DNA from: Gordius albopunctatus
Lineage: Eukaryota
DNA: 64,000 bases
Direction of reading: 5' to 3'
Assembly: GCA_964276515.1 (NCBI GenBank)
Contig: OZ193909.1
Span: 5,580,001 to 5,644,000, forward strand
The position numbers were made by a program, and so were the translations under genes. The stretch's first letter is position 1. The number at the start of each line of letters is the position of its first letter. The notes under the pieces were generated by a model. That model was not told where the DNA came from, made no database searches, and saw nothing but the letters and a program-made list of their open reading frames with translations. Shown piece by piece: positions 38,101 to 52,032 of the stretch.

Positions 38101-41100
38101 TTTATTGTTTATAATACCCCATTTGTATTTTATAATCGGAAGGCGCTCCCGCACACTTGATCTTTAAATCAGTGTACCGTTTTTCGCCATTTTGCAATGA
38201 GCACAAATAAGGGAAGGACCTATTGATTACAATTTTCACACATTAAAAGCAGCAATTTAAAATATATTATATCATTTACAAAATTCATGAAAATTAAAAT
38301 ATTGTGATTATGTGATGTATAAGCGATTTTGTGCCATCTGCATTTTATTAAATACTCATTTATTTAAATTCTTTTTATTTATTAACTAGTGAGTAAGGAA
38401 TTCACTTTTTCTTTTTTAACAATTGGCTACACTGCAGAAAGACATGGACGATATTTAAAATTCAAATAATGGATTTAATCGTACATATTTTACCATATGA
38501 AACATATGAGATGACATAGATTTTTATTGCGATCTTCTATTTTTTAAAAAGTTTTATGGAAATATGTCATGAAATTATTGTATGTTTTTCCTGATACTTA
38601 TGTTGTTTCTATAGGAAGATCTCGTTAAACTGCAAATTATAAACCTCGCTGCCAAGTTGTACATATGCAACGACAATCAGAAATACCCCACCGTTCCCCT
38701 GCTTTACAAGTAACAACTTCTTTATTTCGATGCCATTTTATCCAAAAATAACTATTGCAAAGTTTATTATTACTTGTAATTTGAAAAACCATGAATAATT
38801 TAAAACCATAAATACATTTAACATAAATCTCGAAATTTCCTTGTTATAAGTTAGGCTATTTTTTAATTAACTACAAAATTTTACCTTTCGAAAATCGCGC
38901 GCAAAAAAGCGTTTTTTATTCAAAATTTCAAACTAAAATAAAAATTTGCAAAAATATTTTCCACAAATGAAGGTACGTCTTTGACTTGGCCAAATACGAC
39001 GCGAGTTACGACGTTCGCGATCGTGCCCGAATGCTCAAACAGCTGATTGGTCCATCAACGCCTGAGGAGTCAGGATCAGTCATCACCCCTGAGGCCAATA
39101 GCCCATCGAACACGCCACACGGTCTTGTGCTGCTCAGGCAAAATGTGAAATCCATCCTCCTAGCCCCTAAACAGGCGCCCCCTGATCCATCCGATTCGCA
39201 ACGCATATCTAGTAAAAATGTTTTTCTAGTTTTAATTGAAAATTTATTGATTAGAAGAACGGAAATTATAAAAGTAAAATAAGCAAATTGTGTCTCAAAA
39301 TACAGATCAAAACCGATAGCCTTAAAATCGAAGAAACTGTATAGCTAAAAAGCATTAAAATTGGCTTTTACGAATTAACTTGAAATTAATATTATTTAAC
39401 ATTAAACACATAATATTTGAAATGTTTTTGAACACGTTATCTTGGACGTGTAAAGACTCTCAACACATTTATACTGGTAGTGGTAGCAGAAGTAGTTATT
39501 TAAAACCGACATTATTTTGCAGTTTTTCCTTGGCATCAGTTTTAATTTCTCTGAGTCCGTTTGAATCAAGGTAAAGTCAAAACTTTGCGGTTTATTTTAA
39601 ATTGGTTCGATATTTCGGCCGAGAATTTTTGAAACTACTAAAATTAGGGATTATCAAATAAATTAAATATTTATAGAACATAACTGAAAGTAATATTAGG
39701 GCTAAAGCTGTATACCTATCATCAGTTAAATAAATAAAATTTTACGAAATTGCGCTTGGGAGGGAGGGATAGTTAGAAGTTAATATAATTTAGCCTACTT
39801 AGTATCTTGCGTCGCCATAGAGCTCTATATTTAGGTGACAATATAAAAGTCGAATAATCGGGTATATTACTATTTAAAATTTTAACGAGGATTCTATTAT
39901 TTTCAAGCTTTACCATATTATTACACTACCTTTCTATTTTATCAAAGTCTCAGGGTAGTTAATATATTTTCTAATTAATTAGACTTTAATGACTCAAAAT
40001 TGTTTAATGAACTTTTTTTCAAATTAATAAGTTTAGGTGAAGTATATACATAGTTAAAAGCTTTCCAACTAATGAATGAGGGCTTTCCGATATGACAATT
40101 TATCTGTCCTAAATAAAGAAGTCGGTAATCCTCCAGATGAAAATTTATTAAATATCTCTGTCTAAATTTACACTAACTATTCGTTTTATAGTAGTAACAA
40201 TAATGATAGATGAGGTAATCAGCACGGTAATAAAAATGACTAAACATTGGCCTAATGCCACACCAACTATCTTATTTTGTTGGTACTCAGTGTAAAAAAT
40301 TAGGGATGCTATAAAATCGCGAAATTAATCTAACCCTTTTAGCGTGTGCACTTCTCCCCTTAGCTCTTTCACACACACACATTTGGTTAACTCTGAATCA
40401 ATGTTGTAAGGTTGGTGCGGCAAAAAGAATTTAAACAGCTCGGACCCGGTCCCTTTTCAATTGGGCACCCTCTCGCACTACTTAAGCTCTCGGGCCCCTG
40501 GTTATGAGGATTTGCCCCCCTTCCCATCCACAGCTCCGGATCCAACCCTTAGAGACATTATCGTTCCGATTGAGCTAGGAACCGTTCCATTATTGGAACG
40601 GGCTTTGGAGGCGCGAGACGATGATTTTTACGGGGAGGCAGCACCTCTAGGTAAGGCTCGCTAAGCAAGCGAGACCATTTTTAGTTTATTTTTCATATTA
40701 ATGTTTTAGCATGATATGGGTCCATCTCATCGATTTTTAAATGGAATGAATAAGGGAAATTTGATTTGGGGGTACTTATTAGAGGGAGAATGAAGTGCTT
40801 TTTGACACACGTTAAAGCAATGTTCGTTATATAAAGCTGGATGCAAACGATTTGGGTTGTATTGATTTATTTGGCTCTTACTTTGCTAAGCATCTATGGC
40901 AGCAAGATTGTGTGATCTTGCTTTAGGTTTAGTATAATACTAGAACTTTACTGACTTTCCTATTGTATATTTTGTATTAAATTATAAGAAGTCTCTAATA
41001 TATTGGCTAATATGGTTTAGATGTATTAGTTATTTCGCTTTTAAAGGGTTAAAATTGATTTGAGGTGCGAAAATTATTATAAAAGTCACAAATGCTATTG

Positions 41101-44100
41101 TAACCAACCCATTGATTATTTGTATGTCTAAATCTCGCGCAGTAATTTTAATTACAGCAATTAAACAAATAATTTTTTACAGTTTTAAATCCTAAATAAT
41201 TTGGAATGTACCTTTATCCATCCTCTAAACAATAATCTTCCTTTTTTAACAATATTTCATATTAGGAAAGAAAGATGTTAGCAAGGCAGAAGAATCTCAT
41301 AAATCAACGTCCAGTGGCGCCTCATCTGGAACCCGAACTCGAAGTTCTGTTTCTAATTCTGAAACTTCTTCAACCTCCGGATCAAGTTCTGATAGTAAAT
41401 CGCGCGAATCCTTTTAAACCTATTTTCAATAAACGTTTCTAACATGGTTTTACTATTTTATCTGGCGATTTTGAGGCAACGAACTTTTATTGGGGAAAAT
41501 GGTGATAAATTTCTTTGCTTTCGTAGTTTTGAGATGAATAAAGTTCTTTATAAACATTTTCAGTACTTATTGTGTGTATGCATTTTAGCAAGTCTTAACT
41601 TATAGATAACGCACTTCTATGCAGGGACTGTAGGAGATATTTAGGGTAAATATCGTAATACCGTGCTTATGACCTGACATTTTTAGCAGACTAGTCTTGG
41701 TGCGTTCATTTTTAAAGAGATACGATTTAATATCTAGGGAATCGTTTGAGCAGGAGTTTGATTAGTCCCAAAAGGGCTATTTAGCTGCTGTGTTTGTGCA
41801 TTCTTTTTATTAAATATCAATTAAAGGTTTCAAAATTAGAAGATTAGAAAAGCTCTTAATTTGAAATGTTTTAAGCTTAACTGTTTTCCCCGAGGAGTTT
41901 CAAACTGTAGTCTAAGCCAAAATCGAAAGACTAAGAGCCCGTCTTAATACACGATTCAACTTCAAAGCGCCATATTTTTGTTTGTCTAAATATGCGATAT
42001 AAAGATCGTGGAATCAACAATTTTAGTTTAGTTACCATATGAATATGCATTAATAAGTGTAATTAAACAATAAATATTTGTTTTATGAGCAAAAGTTCAC
42101 AAAAACAGAACAAAAATGAATTGACGCTCGTATTAAGACGCGGCTATGGTTTAACATGCATTCGCTTTTTCATGTGAAATTTTTTATTTGCTCACGACTC
42201 ATAAATATAATCAAAGGTAGTCTTGAAGGGGCAGCTATTCCAAACCAAAACCTCTTATATCGTTAATATTAAATAAATGATCCATTTGCCTTTCTTGCCT
42301 TTACAGATTCCTCGAAATTCATCAATTGATTATGTTTAATAATCACGTGAAATTTCTTTGGCAAAAATATTATTACACGACATAATGTCTCGATCGGTTA
42401 GTGTACGAATTTCTCGTAAGAATTTAGCTTATATCTATGCAAACTTGTGTGTTAAAAAGGTTCGTCGGGATCGTCCAGCGAGAGTTCTGGTAGCGAATCG
42501 AATTCCTTAGTAGCGAAATCCGTCAAAATTGAAGTAAGCACTTAGCACTAGAATTGTAAAAATACGCAGTCCTTGTCTGGTTAAAAAGTGAATATTGACC
42601 CGATGTTTTGGCTGACTATGGCAAACTACCTTGATCTGAGATTAAATATTTGCCGTAATATGCAAACGAAAGTTTTCGTTGCTGTTGAAGCTTGTTACCC
42701 TATTTCGCCAAGCTAAAGAGATCAGGATATTTGGCACAACAGGCGTTGCCTGATATTGATGTCATTTTGCTGCGAAATTTGATGACTACACGATATGTAT
42801 TTGTTAACTGTAAAAGCTAAGACTTATTATATATATTAAAAACAGCATTGGGATTGGGATATATATTGGATATATCTAGAATTCGATTTATAAGTTTTAT
42901 TAACTAAGAATATATTATTCGTTCTCGTTTTCCAGAAATTGAATCATAAAAAGCTTGCCTCCAGTAAATTTTCGTTATTACAGTATGCCACGATTATAAA
43001 TTCATATTGGTTTAATTCGAACAACATTGTACGCAAGGAGGGCGATAGTAAGGCTAAACCATTGGAATCGTTGCTTTTGGAATTGGATTTGGGTGGCGAG
43101 AAGGGAGATTATGGAGGAATTCAAGAGGAATCGGGCCAACCAGTAGCCTCTTTGCTTCATAAAACTCCCAATAGTGGTAAAGATTAGTGATGATCAAAAC
43201 CTAGGTCAGGTTTTCCCGAGGTCCAACCTCAGGTCGGTTTTAGGTTCGGGTGTTCGAAAACCTTACCAGGTTTTTGAACACCCGAACCTGAACCCTCAGG
43301 TTGCCTGATCAAAACCTAGGTTTTGATCATCACTAGTAAAGATGTGTTGTACGCTGTTTAGAAATTTATCATCCTAAACTTTGTCAATTTTTACGACATC
43401 GCTTGCGAATTGCTAGTTAGCAACAACCCGTAATAAGCGTATAGTGAGATGGCACAGACACCCCGATTAATGACCGCTCCTTTAGTAATCCTTTAAGGGA
43501 CGTTTTATAATTTTTTGATAAAAGTTTGCATATCAAGCCTTAGTTTACTACGCATAGCTTTAATTTGATTTATATTATTTTAAACTCCTCAACCCTGTTG
43601 ATGTTTAGAACAATTATATCCAGCTATTTTCTAATTTATTTATAAAAATAGCAACACTTGGACTATTATCGAATATTGTGGTTGGCCCAAATTATCAAAA
43701 ATGTGTCTAAAATTTGCATTTTAAAATCAAAAAATAAATTGAGGAAAATTAAAATATCAATTCGTTTTTATATCTCCTTTTTAGTTGTGAATGTAATTTT
43801 TTGTATACCATTTAATATACATTTTATTTCATTTGGTTATTTAATTACATAATTATATTTATAATATATTTGAAGATAAAAGGGGTATCACGCAATGATT
43901 TAGCTCCGGTCATTTATAACCTAGTGTATTTACTGTTTCTTGAAAATAAACCTACGTTTTTAAAAGTACGCTACTAAAAATATAGGCTATCTCATATAAA
44001 AGGTTTAGCATCCGATCGACAACGGGTTAAGCAATTTCGTACTTGACGTTTAAAATGAGAAATTTATCATCAATTTTTTACTCCCATAGCCGATTACTCA

Positions 44101-47100
44101 AACATAGACGATTGGCTTTCCAAGGCGGAATATTCCCCATTAACTACACCCCTGGAAGAAACGATCGGGGGTAGCTTACTTAAACCAGCCCCTTTGATCA
44201 GTCCTCAGCTAGCGCCCGTTATAGGTCGTCAAAAATATCAGGTCCATCATACACATTTTATCTCTGAAATTATAAGTTTTATTCCGTGAAGTTTAGGGGT
44301 ACATCTGTCCCCCCGTGCATATAAATTCGATTTATTTAAAAATACCTAAAAATGGTCGATTTTTGCAAATTGAAAGCTTCCATCAATATTGGTCATAAAT
44401 TATGGTTCGACAATAATTATGCATTTAACGAGATTTTCTTGTCCTTTTAAGCCGTGCTTCGTGTTAAAGGCGCTCCAATTACCCTTTTATAAGCACCCTG
44501 TCTTTATGCTGGACTTTTATTACCAAAACTTATCTAGATGTGCAGTTTGACAAGTTATTATTGGCTTCGTTAACAAATTGTTAAATGCCTAGTTGCTGAC
44601 CAAGTTTTAAGCTATTTGGTATTCAAGTGAATGGTAAAAATAAGTCATATACATATATATATGGGATTAAATCTCATTAAAAATGGCATTGTTTTTACAA
44701 CAACCAAAATAAATATCTTTGATAATATCTGGAAAGCTATGTAATGTAAAAAATTCTGCGTATGTGCTCGTGTAGCTTAAATTTTTCTATTAAGAACCAC
44801 ATGTTTAAAGGATAATTTGTATTAGAGATCTGCACGGGCAGGCCCGTGGGCGGGTAGGGACGGGCTTTTATCATACGGGCCTGAAAAATTTACGGGCGGG
44901 CTCGGACGGGCTTTAGGTCTTAAAAAATAATGGTCGGGTCCGGACGAGCCTTGAAGTTTTAGAAACGGGTACGGGCGGGCCGACTTTCTAAAAACGGCCC
45001 GTTGCAGATCTCTAATTTCTATACATCTCGAAGTATTAAAAATTTCTTATAAACTAGGATTTAATTAATGAATGATATGCACGACTAAACAATCATGTCT
45101 ATTTACATTTTGAAGCAAAGGTATGTTATTTGCTACCTTGCCTTTGCATATGTTATAGGTTTACCAGAGTAACGGGGACTTTAAAGTGTTTATATTTTTA
45201 TAATACTTTAAAAATTTTGCCCTTCGAAGCATTTTTTTAAAAGTAGACTTTCAATCAAGTTTTTGGCTTGTTGGACTTGATAACTAGCACAAAACAATTG
45301 ACGGCTCGGCTAGGGTCACGCCTAAAGTTTTGAGTTTTAATTTTAAGATTTTTTTGTGGCCAATATTGTGTGAATGTACTTTTAACCTTTTTTTAAATAC
45401 TTTTTCATGATGAGCTAATTTACGTGTGCTTTTATATTTTCATAAACTATAGATTATAGGACCAACGTATGTCACTAGCACTTACACCGATTTGGTGCAC
45501 TCTATGCGAAAAGATCTCTACATCGGATACAGGTATTCCATTTGCAACTCATAAAGTGTTTTTGCCTAACCTTATAAAATTGTACAAATAAATATTTGAA
45601 ATAATATAATAAATAGTAATTTTTAACTGAACCAAAGATTTAAAGTTTTTTCGAGCCAAATAAAACACGTAACAATGTATTAATTTTATTCTTTACTATA
45701 TTATTGATCACTTTCAAAAGGTTTACCCGCAAACCCCATATTTTTGCTGAAAATGCTGTGAACGTTGAATTACGCTTTAAAAACTTGACTTCTGAGCCCA
45801 TTAAAGGACTCCATTTCGTCTACCAGGTGACACTTAAAACTTCTTGTTTTTAACAACATGTCACTATTTTTTTTTAATAAATTGCTTAGCAAAAGCAATA
45901 TGATTTTTACTTTTCTTTTTTTATCAGGTCAAAGATTCTAAAAGCACGGCGTTTTGCCCATTTCATCCAATAGGTAAAGTTTGTCTTATTTCGTGATTTT
46001 TAAACAAATATGTAATTTTATATTGAATATGATGGACAAACTATTGTTTTATTGCTTATTTATCAACTCCCTGTTTGCAATATTGAGGTAGAAAACGGTT
46101 TTAAGCTGTTCACTTAAAAAATTTAAAATGAGTGTTAAACTAATTTCAATAATAGAGGACTAATCCGAAATTTAAGACTTTATGCCGATACTGTATATCT
46201 TCTGACAGCTATTTTTGGCTTTTTAATAGAGCTACTTTATAGTATTTTTTGTTTTAACTAGCTCAAATATTGCCCAACCAAGAAATATCTGCCAATTTAG
46301 GCATTGATTTTGGAGATAGTAGTCAGGTTAAGCGATTCGACTTAAGTTTGACCGAACCGCGGACGCTGGTTAGTTTGGAATTATCGGCTTGCTATGGGGA
46401 ACAATTTAAACCCGTCCTGATGGATTCCCAACAATTCCTAGCTGAAAAGGGTAATTTGAGAAAATATTATTGAAAGTTGCAGCTTTTTGATCTTTACTCC
46501 TCTCAAACTCGTGTAAGGACTTTGATCGTTTTTTTATCATACAGAATTCTTCCTGCCTAATTTTACGTATCCTTGGCGCCTTACAGGTTTGCTAGGGGAA
46601 AATATTTGTTTATGTCAATTATCATGTTTTTACAATTTTTGTAGACTGAGCGTTTAAAAATATTACTAAAATGTTCTTTAATTTGATGCATGTGAATCGA
46701 TTATTCTTTGTATTTTATCCGGCATTTAGTAGAAATTTCAGGAAATTCAAAATGAATCTCATTTTTAACTCCTAGTCATAATTATATGTGAATTGTTTTT
46801 CTAATTGGGAAAAAACGAATAAACTGTTATGTGTTTACTAACGACGTTTTAAATAGTGTGCGCTTTATTTTTGTACTTATTTTCAACGATTCTTTTTCGT
46901 GAGTTTGTTTTTTTAATTCATAAATATTGGAAACCCTCCCATTTTTAAATAATAAAATCGATAATTCATGCCATCAGATACCACTAAGCAATTGAGATAG
47001 AGTATTAACCATCATAGGACACTTAAATCAAGCGGAGTTTTTTGATTGTTATTCTGTGAATAAATCAAAACATATTACCGTAAAGCTTTTATGTCAATTA

Positions 47101-47395
47101 ATAAATAGCAAAACTCAGAGGAATGAACGAATGTACGGAAAAAATCGCTGTTAAAGAAGGTCAATTTACTACGCAAGCTTTAGCGACAGCCGTAACTCGC
47201 CTAGCAAATTTGGGTAAGGTAGATGGCCTTAAATTTGCTGGCTACACTTACGCAGGCTCACATTTGGCTCTGTTAGAATTAGAACCCCAAACTGAAAACT
47301 CCTTTAAAATGACCTTTAATTGCGATAAATTTTTGATTGGATCCGTTTTCCTTCGTGAATTGTCAATTTTCCTGCTAAAGCCTCCCAGGGCTTAA
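32132..47395 (+). CDS. AP3B1: AP-3 adaptor complex beta subunit, ~1150 aa, 27 exons
   Basis: Exons 32132-32232, 32273-32348, 32394-32468, 32507-32602, 32641-32801, 32873-32939, 33033-33209, 33789-33986, 34200-34297, 34379-34436, 34530-34601, 34672-34734, 35976-36108, 36859-36911, 37727-37900, 38615-38709, 38973-39211, 40411-40650, 41266-41394, 42460-42533, 42936(or 43038)-43176, 44090-44224, 45460-45532, 45721-45826, 45928-45973, 46262-46450, 47109-47395. Motifs include [74 protein letters not shown], a Ser-rich hinge and GIDFGDSSQ. Probably co-orthologous to vertebrate AP3B1/AP3B2. Confidence 0.95.
34971..35317. mobile_element. PIF/Harbinger (Tourist-like) MITE
   Basis: TTA|GGGCTTGTTTTAATATC...GATATTAAGACAAGCCC|TTA (3-bp TTA TSD). 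A related decayed copy lies near 41935-42220. Confidence 0.85.
35470..35926. mobile_element. hAT-type MITE (TAGAGCCCTGCA TIR)
   Basis: Perfect 12-bp TIR, TSD GCTGTTTG on both sides, GCCCG subterminal motifs. Confidence 0.92.
43185..43335. mobile_element. 151-bp hAT-type MITE at an AP3B 5' splice site
   Basis: TIR TAGTGATGATCAAAACCTAGG / CCTAGGTTTTGATCATCACTA; TSD GTAAAGAT (43177-84, 43336-43). Confidence 0.95.
44823..45014. mobile_element. hAT-type MITE (TAGAGATCTGCA TIR)
   Basis: TIR pair; TSD ATTTGTAT / ATTTCTAT; CGGGC repeats. Confidence 0.88.
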
Positions 47396-47652
47396 AATTC
47401 GCGTGTTTTCGTTGTGGAATAATATATTTTTTATTTATATAAATATATATGCCATATTTTTGCGATTCAAACCGTGCCTATTATACATTAACTTAATATT
47501 ATTACATATTTTATGAAGTGTAATAATTATATACTAAACGGATAATATTTATATGTGGTCTTGATAAAAAAAATCAATTGTGAGACCGTGGAAATAATTC
47601 TAGAAGTTTTATTTTCGAATATATTCTAGGGACAAATTTACCTTTGGTTTTT

Positions 47653-48177
47653 GCCAGCCCTGCAAAATGATTTTTTTCTGCCCGACCCGAGCCCGACTTT
47701 TAAAATAAAATTTTCGAAAATTATTTTACTATGTGCATAATGCATTAAATTGTTATACTTAATTAATTTACAACTAGGATAAGTTTGAAACGAAATATTC
47801 ATTACTCGCTACAATTTATTCAGCTAATGGAAATCTAGCTTTATAAAATATATTTTATCTGACAGTTCCAAAATTAAACTTATATTTCCTTATTTTATTT
47901 CTAAAGTCACAGCTACTTTGAATATATTTAAATACTAGAATGAGATTGCAATTTAGGTCAAAATATTATAATAGACAGGGGAAAAAAGCTTAAGCTTGGA
48001 ACCTATATTAGGTATGGTGTGCGAAGATAATTATTTAATATCGAGTTGAGTTTGTTTAAATCATATATTATAAAAGATTAACTTGCTTTAGTCAATTCGG
48101 GCATTGTATCGGGCCGCCTCATCAAGCCCGACCCGAGCCTGAGGCCCGATTGTTTGATTAAATTCTGCAGGGCTCTG
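47653..48177. mobile_element. Older copy of the 35470 MITE family
   Basis: AGCCCTGCAAAATGA...CTGCAGGGCTCT; interior TAGGATAAGTTTGAAA and ATTTCTAAAGT shared with the 35470 copy. Confidence 0.8.
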
Positions 48178-49507
48178 AATAACCCTAACCATCCCCCTAT
48201 GCTGAAAGGCTTCGTTTTACTTTTACAAGAGAATTTATTCTAAAGTAATGGATGTCATAAAAACAGGATAGATTTCAACTCTTTCCTCAAACTAGGTGAT
48301 TTCAGTACGCTAAATAAACTTGGTACTCCGAATTGCTTAGCCATAAGAAAAACATTAACACTTTATCTATCAAATAAAAATTTTACATCCGCATAATAAA
48401 CCATATTTGAAACTAGGCACCATTTTAAACATATTTGGTTGGAAAACATCTTTTGAAAAAAGCTAAATAAGATTATTAGAATATTCATAAAGAGATTTAA
48501 TTTTAAAATGTTTAAGTTTTTAAAATTTGTTGTTTAGTAAGAATTCGATTGTTTTTTAACGGCCCTGAGCCAAAGGGGAAATGCAAAATTTTACAAAGAT
48601 ATAGTAGCTTTTTTGAAATAAGATTTATTAATTATTATTATTTTAAATATTAATAATTTCTCCGTCAGCAGGCTTTAAATTGCATATTCGAAATTCTTGT
48701 TAGATAAGATTGATATCTAACCTTCATCGTTAATTGCATCCTTTTGAGTAAAGCGATTATAAAATTAATTCTTTCGATATTTTCCCAACGAAATTTCGGC
48801 TTTTGATGTGATTTGTCAGGATATTTCACCATTTTGGATTTTATTATAATACACATTTAGGCTTAAGGTTGCAAAAATGCTAGCCTGATAATGTGTCGAC
48901 AATTTTCTTTATGTGTTACAACTAATTCCCCAATTTTTCTAATTTAATGTAGTAATTTATCTGATGGAATCATTAAAAATAGAATATACATTTAAAATCT
49001 CTATAAATGATTTTTACCAAAATTCAAATGTTCTTTGATTAAATAAAATAACATTGAACAAATATAATTAATTATAATTTCTAACCAAATATTTAATTTA
49101 TTAAGAAAAAGAGCTGTAACTTTGATATTAAAATTGTGTTTAACGGATACCTAAAATCTTTTCATTACAGCCGTTGCTTTGCAATTATAATCATAATTTT
49201 TTGAAAAGTTTGTGTAAATAGCTTTATGTGATCAGGCTTAAATAAATGATTTAAAGCCAGTAACAACCCCATTTTTATCCGACCGTTTTTTTTACTTTTT
49301 AAGATTTATAGGGAATTTAGGGTAATTATTAGTAAAAATGAATATAAAAGTTTAATCGTTCTACAATACTCGAGACACGAGCCTCAATTTTCTCTAATGG
49401 GCATGGACTGAAACATTGGAATAATAAATCCACTCGATTTTATAAATAATATCTAATGTGAGATATGTGTCGAGCAATTTTTGTTTATAAAACAATTTAA
49501 TTACTAT

Positions 49508-49645
49508 CAAGGACGTAGCCAGGGGGAAGCAAAGAGGGGCTGCTTTCCCCCCCCCCCCTCTTAATCCATAAATTCTTTAAAATTTCATATAATTAAGGTT
49601 AAAATTGCAAAAATTGTCATTTTTCCCCATCATATTTGCTCCTCT
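49508..49645. mobile_element. Decayed CATGGGCGTAGCC-family MITE
   Basis: CAAGGACGTAGCCAGGGG start; interior is reverse-complementary to the 25438 copy. Confidence 0.55.
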
Positions 49646-52032
49646 TTAATTCCAATCCTTATGATTCTATTATATCATTCTGTTTATAGCCTATTATTAT
49701 ATAAGAGTTTCAGAATATTTATTTATATTGGTTTATTTTAAATTAATTTTCCAATAGTTAAAGATGAGGTCGAGATATCTAAATGTTGAGTCAGTAAACT
49801 TGCAATGCGATGCAGCTTGAGAGAAGACACAATTTAAGGCTTAATTTTATGTCATAATTGCTGGTTGAGACATTTAGTGACTAAAATAGTTCAGTTTACG
49901 ACCCCAACTCTTAATTATTACTATTATGTAATTTAATTGCACAAACTTTCCCCAAAAATTTACAGGAAAGTTTTTATCCCCACAAAGAAGGTTAAAAAAA
50001 GCATTAAAATTTATGGTGTAAAATAGAACTTGGTTTCCAAAATATTCTTTTGTCGGGTTAAATTAACCATAAACTACAAACGTGAAAGCATTGAATTAAG
50101 TTGTTATACAAACCTTTTTCATCCTATTTTTTAAAAACCATACGACGACTAAACTATAAAAAATGAGAGTTCACATGGTATTTTTTCTAAACTTAAGTCC
50201 TATCCGTATTTATATTCTCTTATGATTTTTAATCTTTTCACCAAAAATATTATAAGTTTATTAACGAGTGCCTCTAATTAAATTACACATTCTTGAATAG
50301 GCTTATATAATAGGAGATGATAAAAACTTTAAAGCGTAAATATTATATGCATGGACCACCACCACCCCCCCCCTTTTGTTCACTTTGTACGTAAATCAAT
50401 TCTTTTTAATATATGAGCTATTTTGTCGCGTCAAGACTTTCAAAAAATATTTATCCACAATTGGATAAATCACGTTTTCTATTAGGTATTATGATACAAA
50501 TTAGGTTACATTTATTCAGAGAAAACAAAACCTAAGAGTATAAGATATTTTAACAAAAAAGAAGATAAGCGTGGAATGACACGTACTTCGAGTAGATTCT
50601 TGAGTGATTTTAACCTTAACTCGACGCATCTTTTCAGTGAATAAATAGAACGCGCGACGAAGGGGGGGGGGCCTCGTATGAGGACAAAGGAATGGCTTAA
50701 ATTACATGTTAAAAATTGCGACATTCGTACTAGTTTTACCATATAATTTTACGTAAAAAATTGATATTAAGCATATAAAACGCATGATTATAGCAGAACC
50801 GTCCTTTTAGTCGCTATTTCAAACCCAAACCCCATTTTGAAGCAAGGTCATTCGTAATGTCGATAATAGTTATTTGCAACCTTAATGTGTTCCGGGATTT
50901 TATACTATCTGCTTTAAATTGAAAGAAGAGCAAAATTAACCATTGCTTAATGAATCCACGATCCTTTATACCTCCAGTGTAATAGGCTTTTACAATTGAA
51001 TACAATTTTTGGCAAAAAAAATTATTCCATAAAATTAGTTGGATAAGGCTCACATTTTATGAAATTATAGTTAATTGCTAAGTTTTTAAGGCATTGACAT
51101 TATCATAGCATTTCATAAATAAACCTCATAAGACTTCTAAAAATAGAATGTTTCGACTTTTATAAAGCTCTTTTCAATTTTTCGACAAGTTGATTAAAAT
51201 TGCTCAAACATCTTTTAAACTCATTAAATATCTTAATCAAGGTTGAAGTAATTATTAAGATTTAAATTTAAAAAGTAAAATCTGATCCATGATAAAATGT
51301 AGTCTGGCTATAAGGAGTCATGGATTTCAAATCACACCCCTAAACAAAAACAATTCCCTCTCCCCCTCACTTTCCACACCACTCAGTTAAAAGTGTCACC
51401 TCCGCGCCGTTCGGAATATCTCGCCCCCCAACTTTGCTTTCTAGCTAGCATCAATGCACTGTTTGTTTCATAATGGGGGATTATCTTTGAGGAAAGAATA
51501 CGATTGACCCGACAAAACAACACTTTCACCCCGACAGGCGTTGTCTTTATATAAAAAGGGAGAGGGGTAAAAACAATATGATTCCACTAGTCCTTTGAGC
51601 CAGGAAGGGAAGAGGTATGACAATACAAAATCCGACAAATTGTCGTTCTATCCCCACCCCATTGCTACTTAAGCGTGCGACAAAAGGGCGGGAACACATG
51701 GGTGGGGAAGAGATAAGTCTAGAATTCCGGTATAGTATACTAAGCATTAACACTTTACATGACATTAAACGAGACTGGGAAGATGATCTGGTAATAGGGT
51801 GTAGTTGTGCTGCTTGTTGCTCAATGACCTTTTATTAAAGCAAATGCTCGTTTTATTTTCGTTTTTTTCCAGGCAAAAAGTTTCGTCGCCCCTTAAATTT
51901 TCTTTTTATAACTCTCTAATCTTAGTTAAACACCAAAAATTTTGGTAATTGTAAAATGATATTGCACTAATTCGGCTCCGATAACATATTTTATGATTTA
52001 AAAAAAATTAAATTTTGGGCAAAACAGTTTTT

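Noticed and set aside
51547..51838. Short ORFs upstream of the glycosyltransferase
   Set aside because: No recognisable motifs; more likely promoter/5' UTR (TATATAAAA at ~51548, possible UTR intron 51791-51872).
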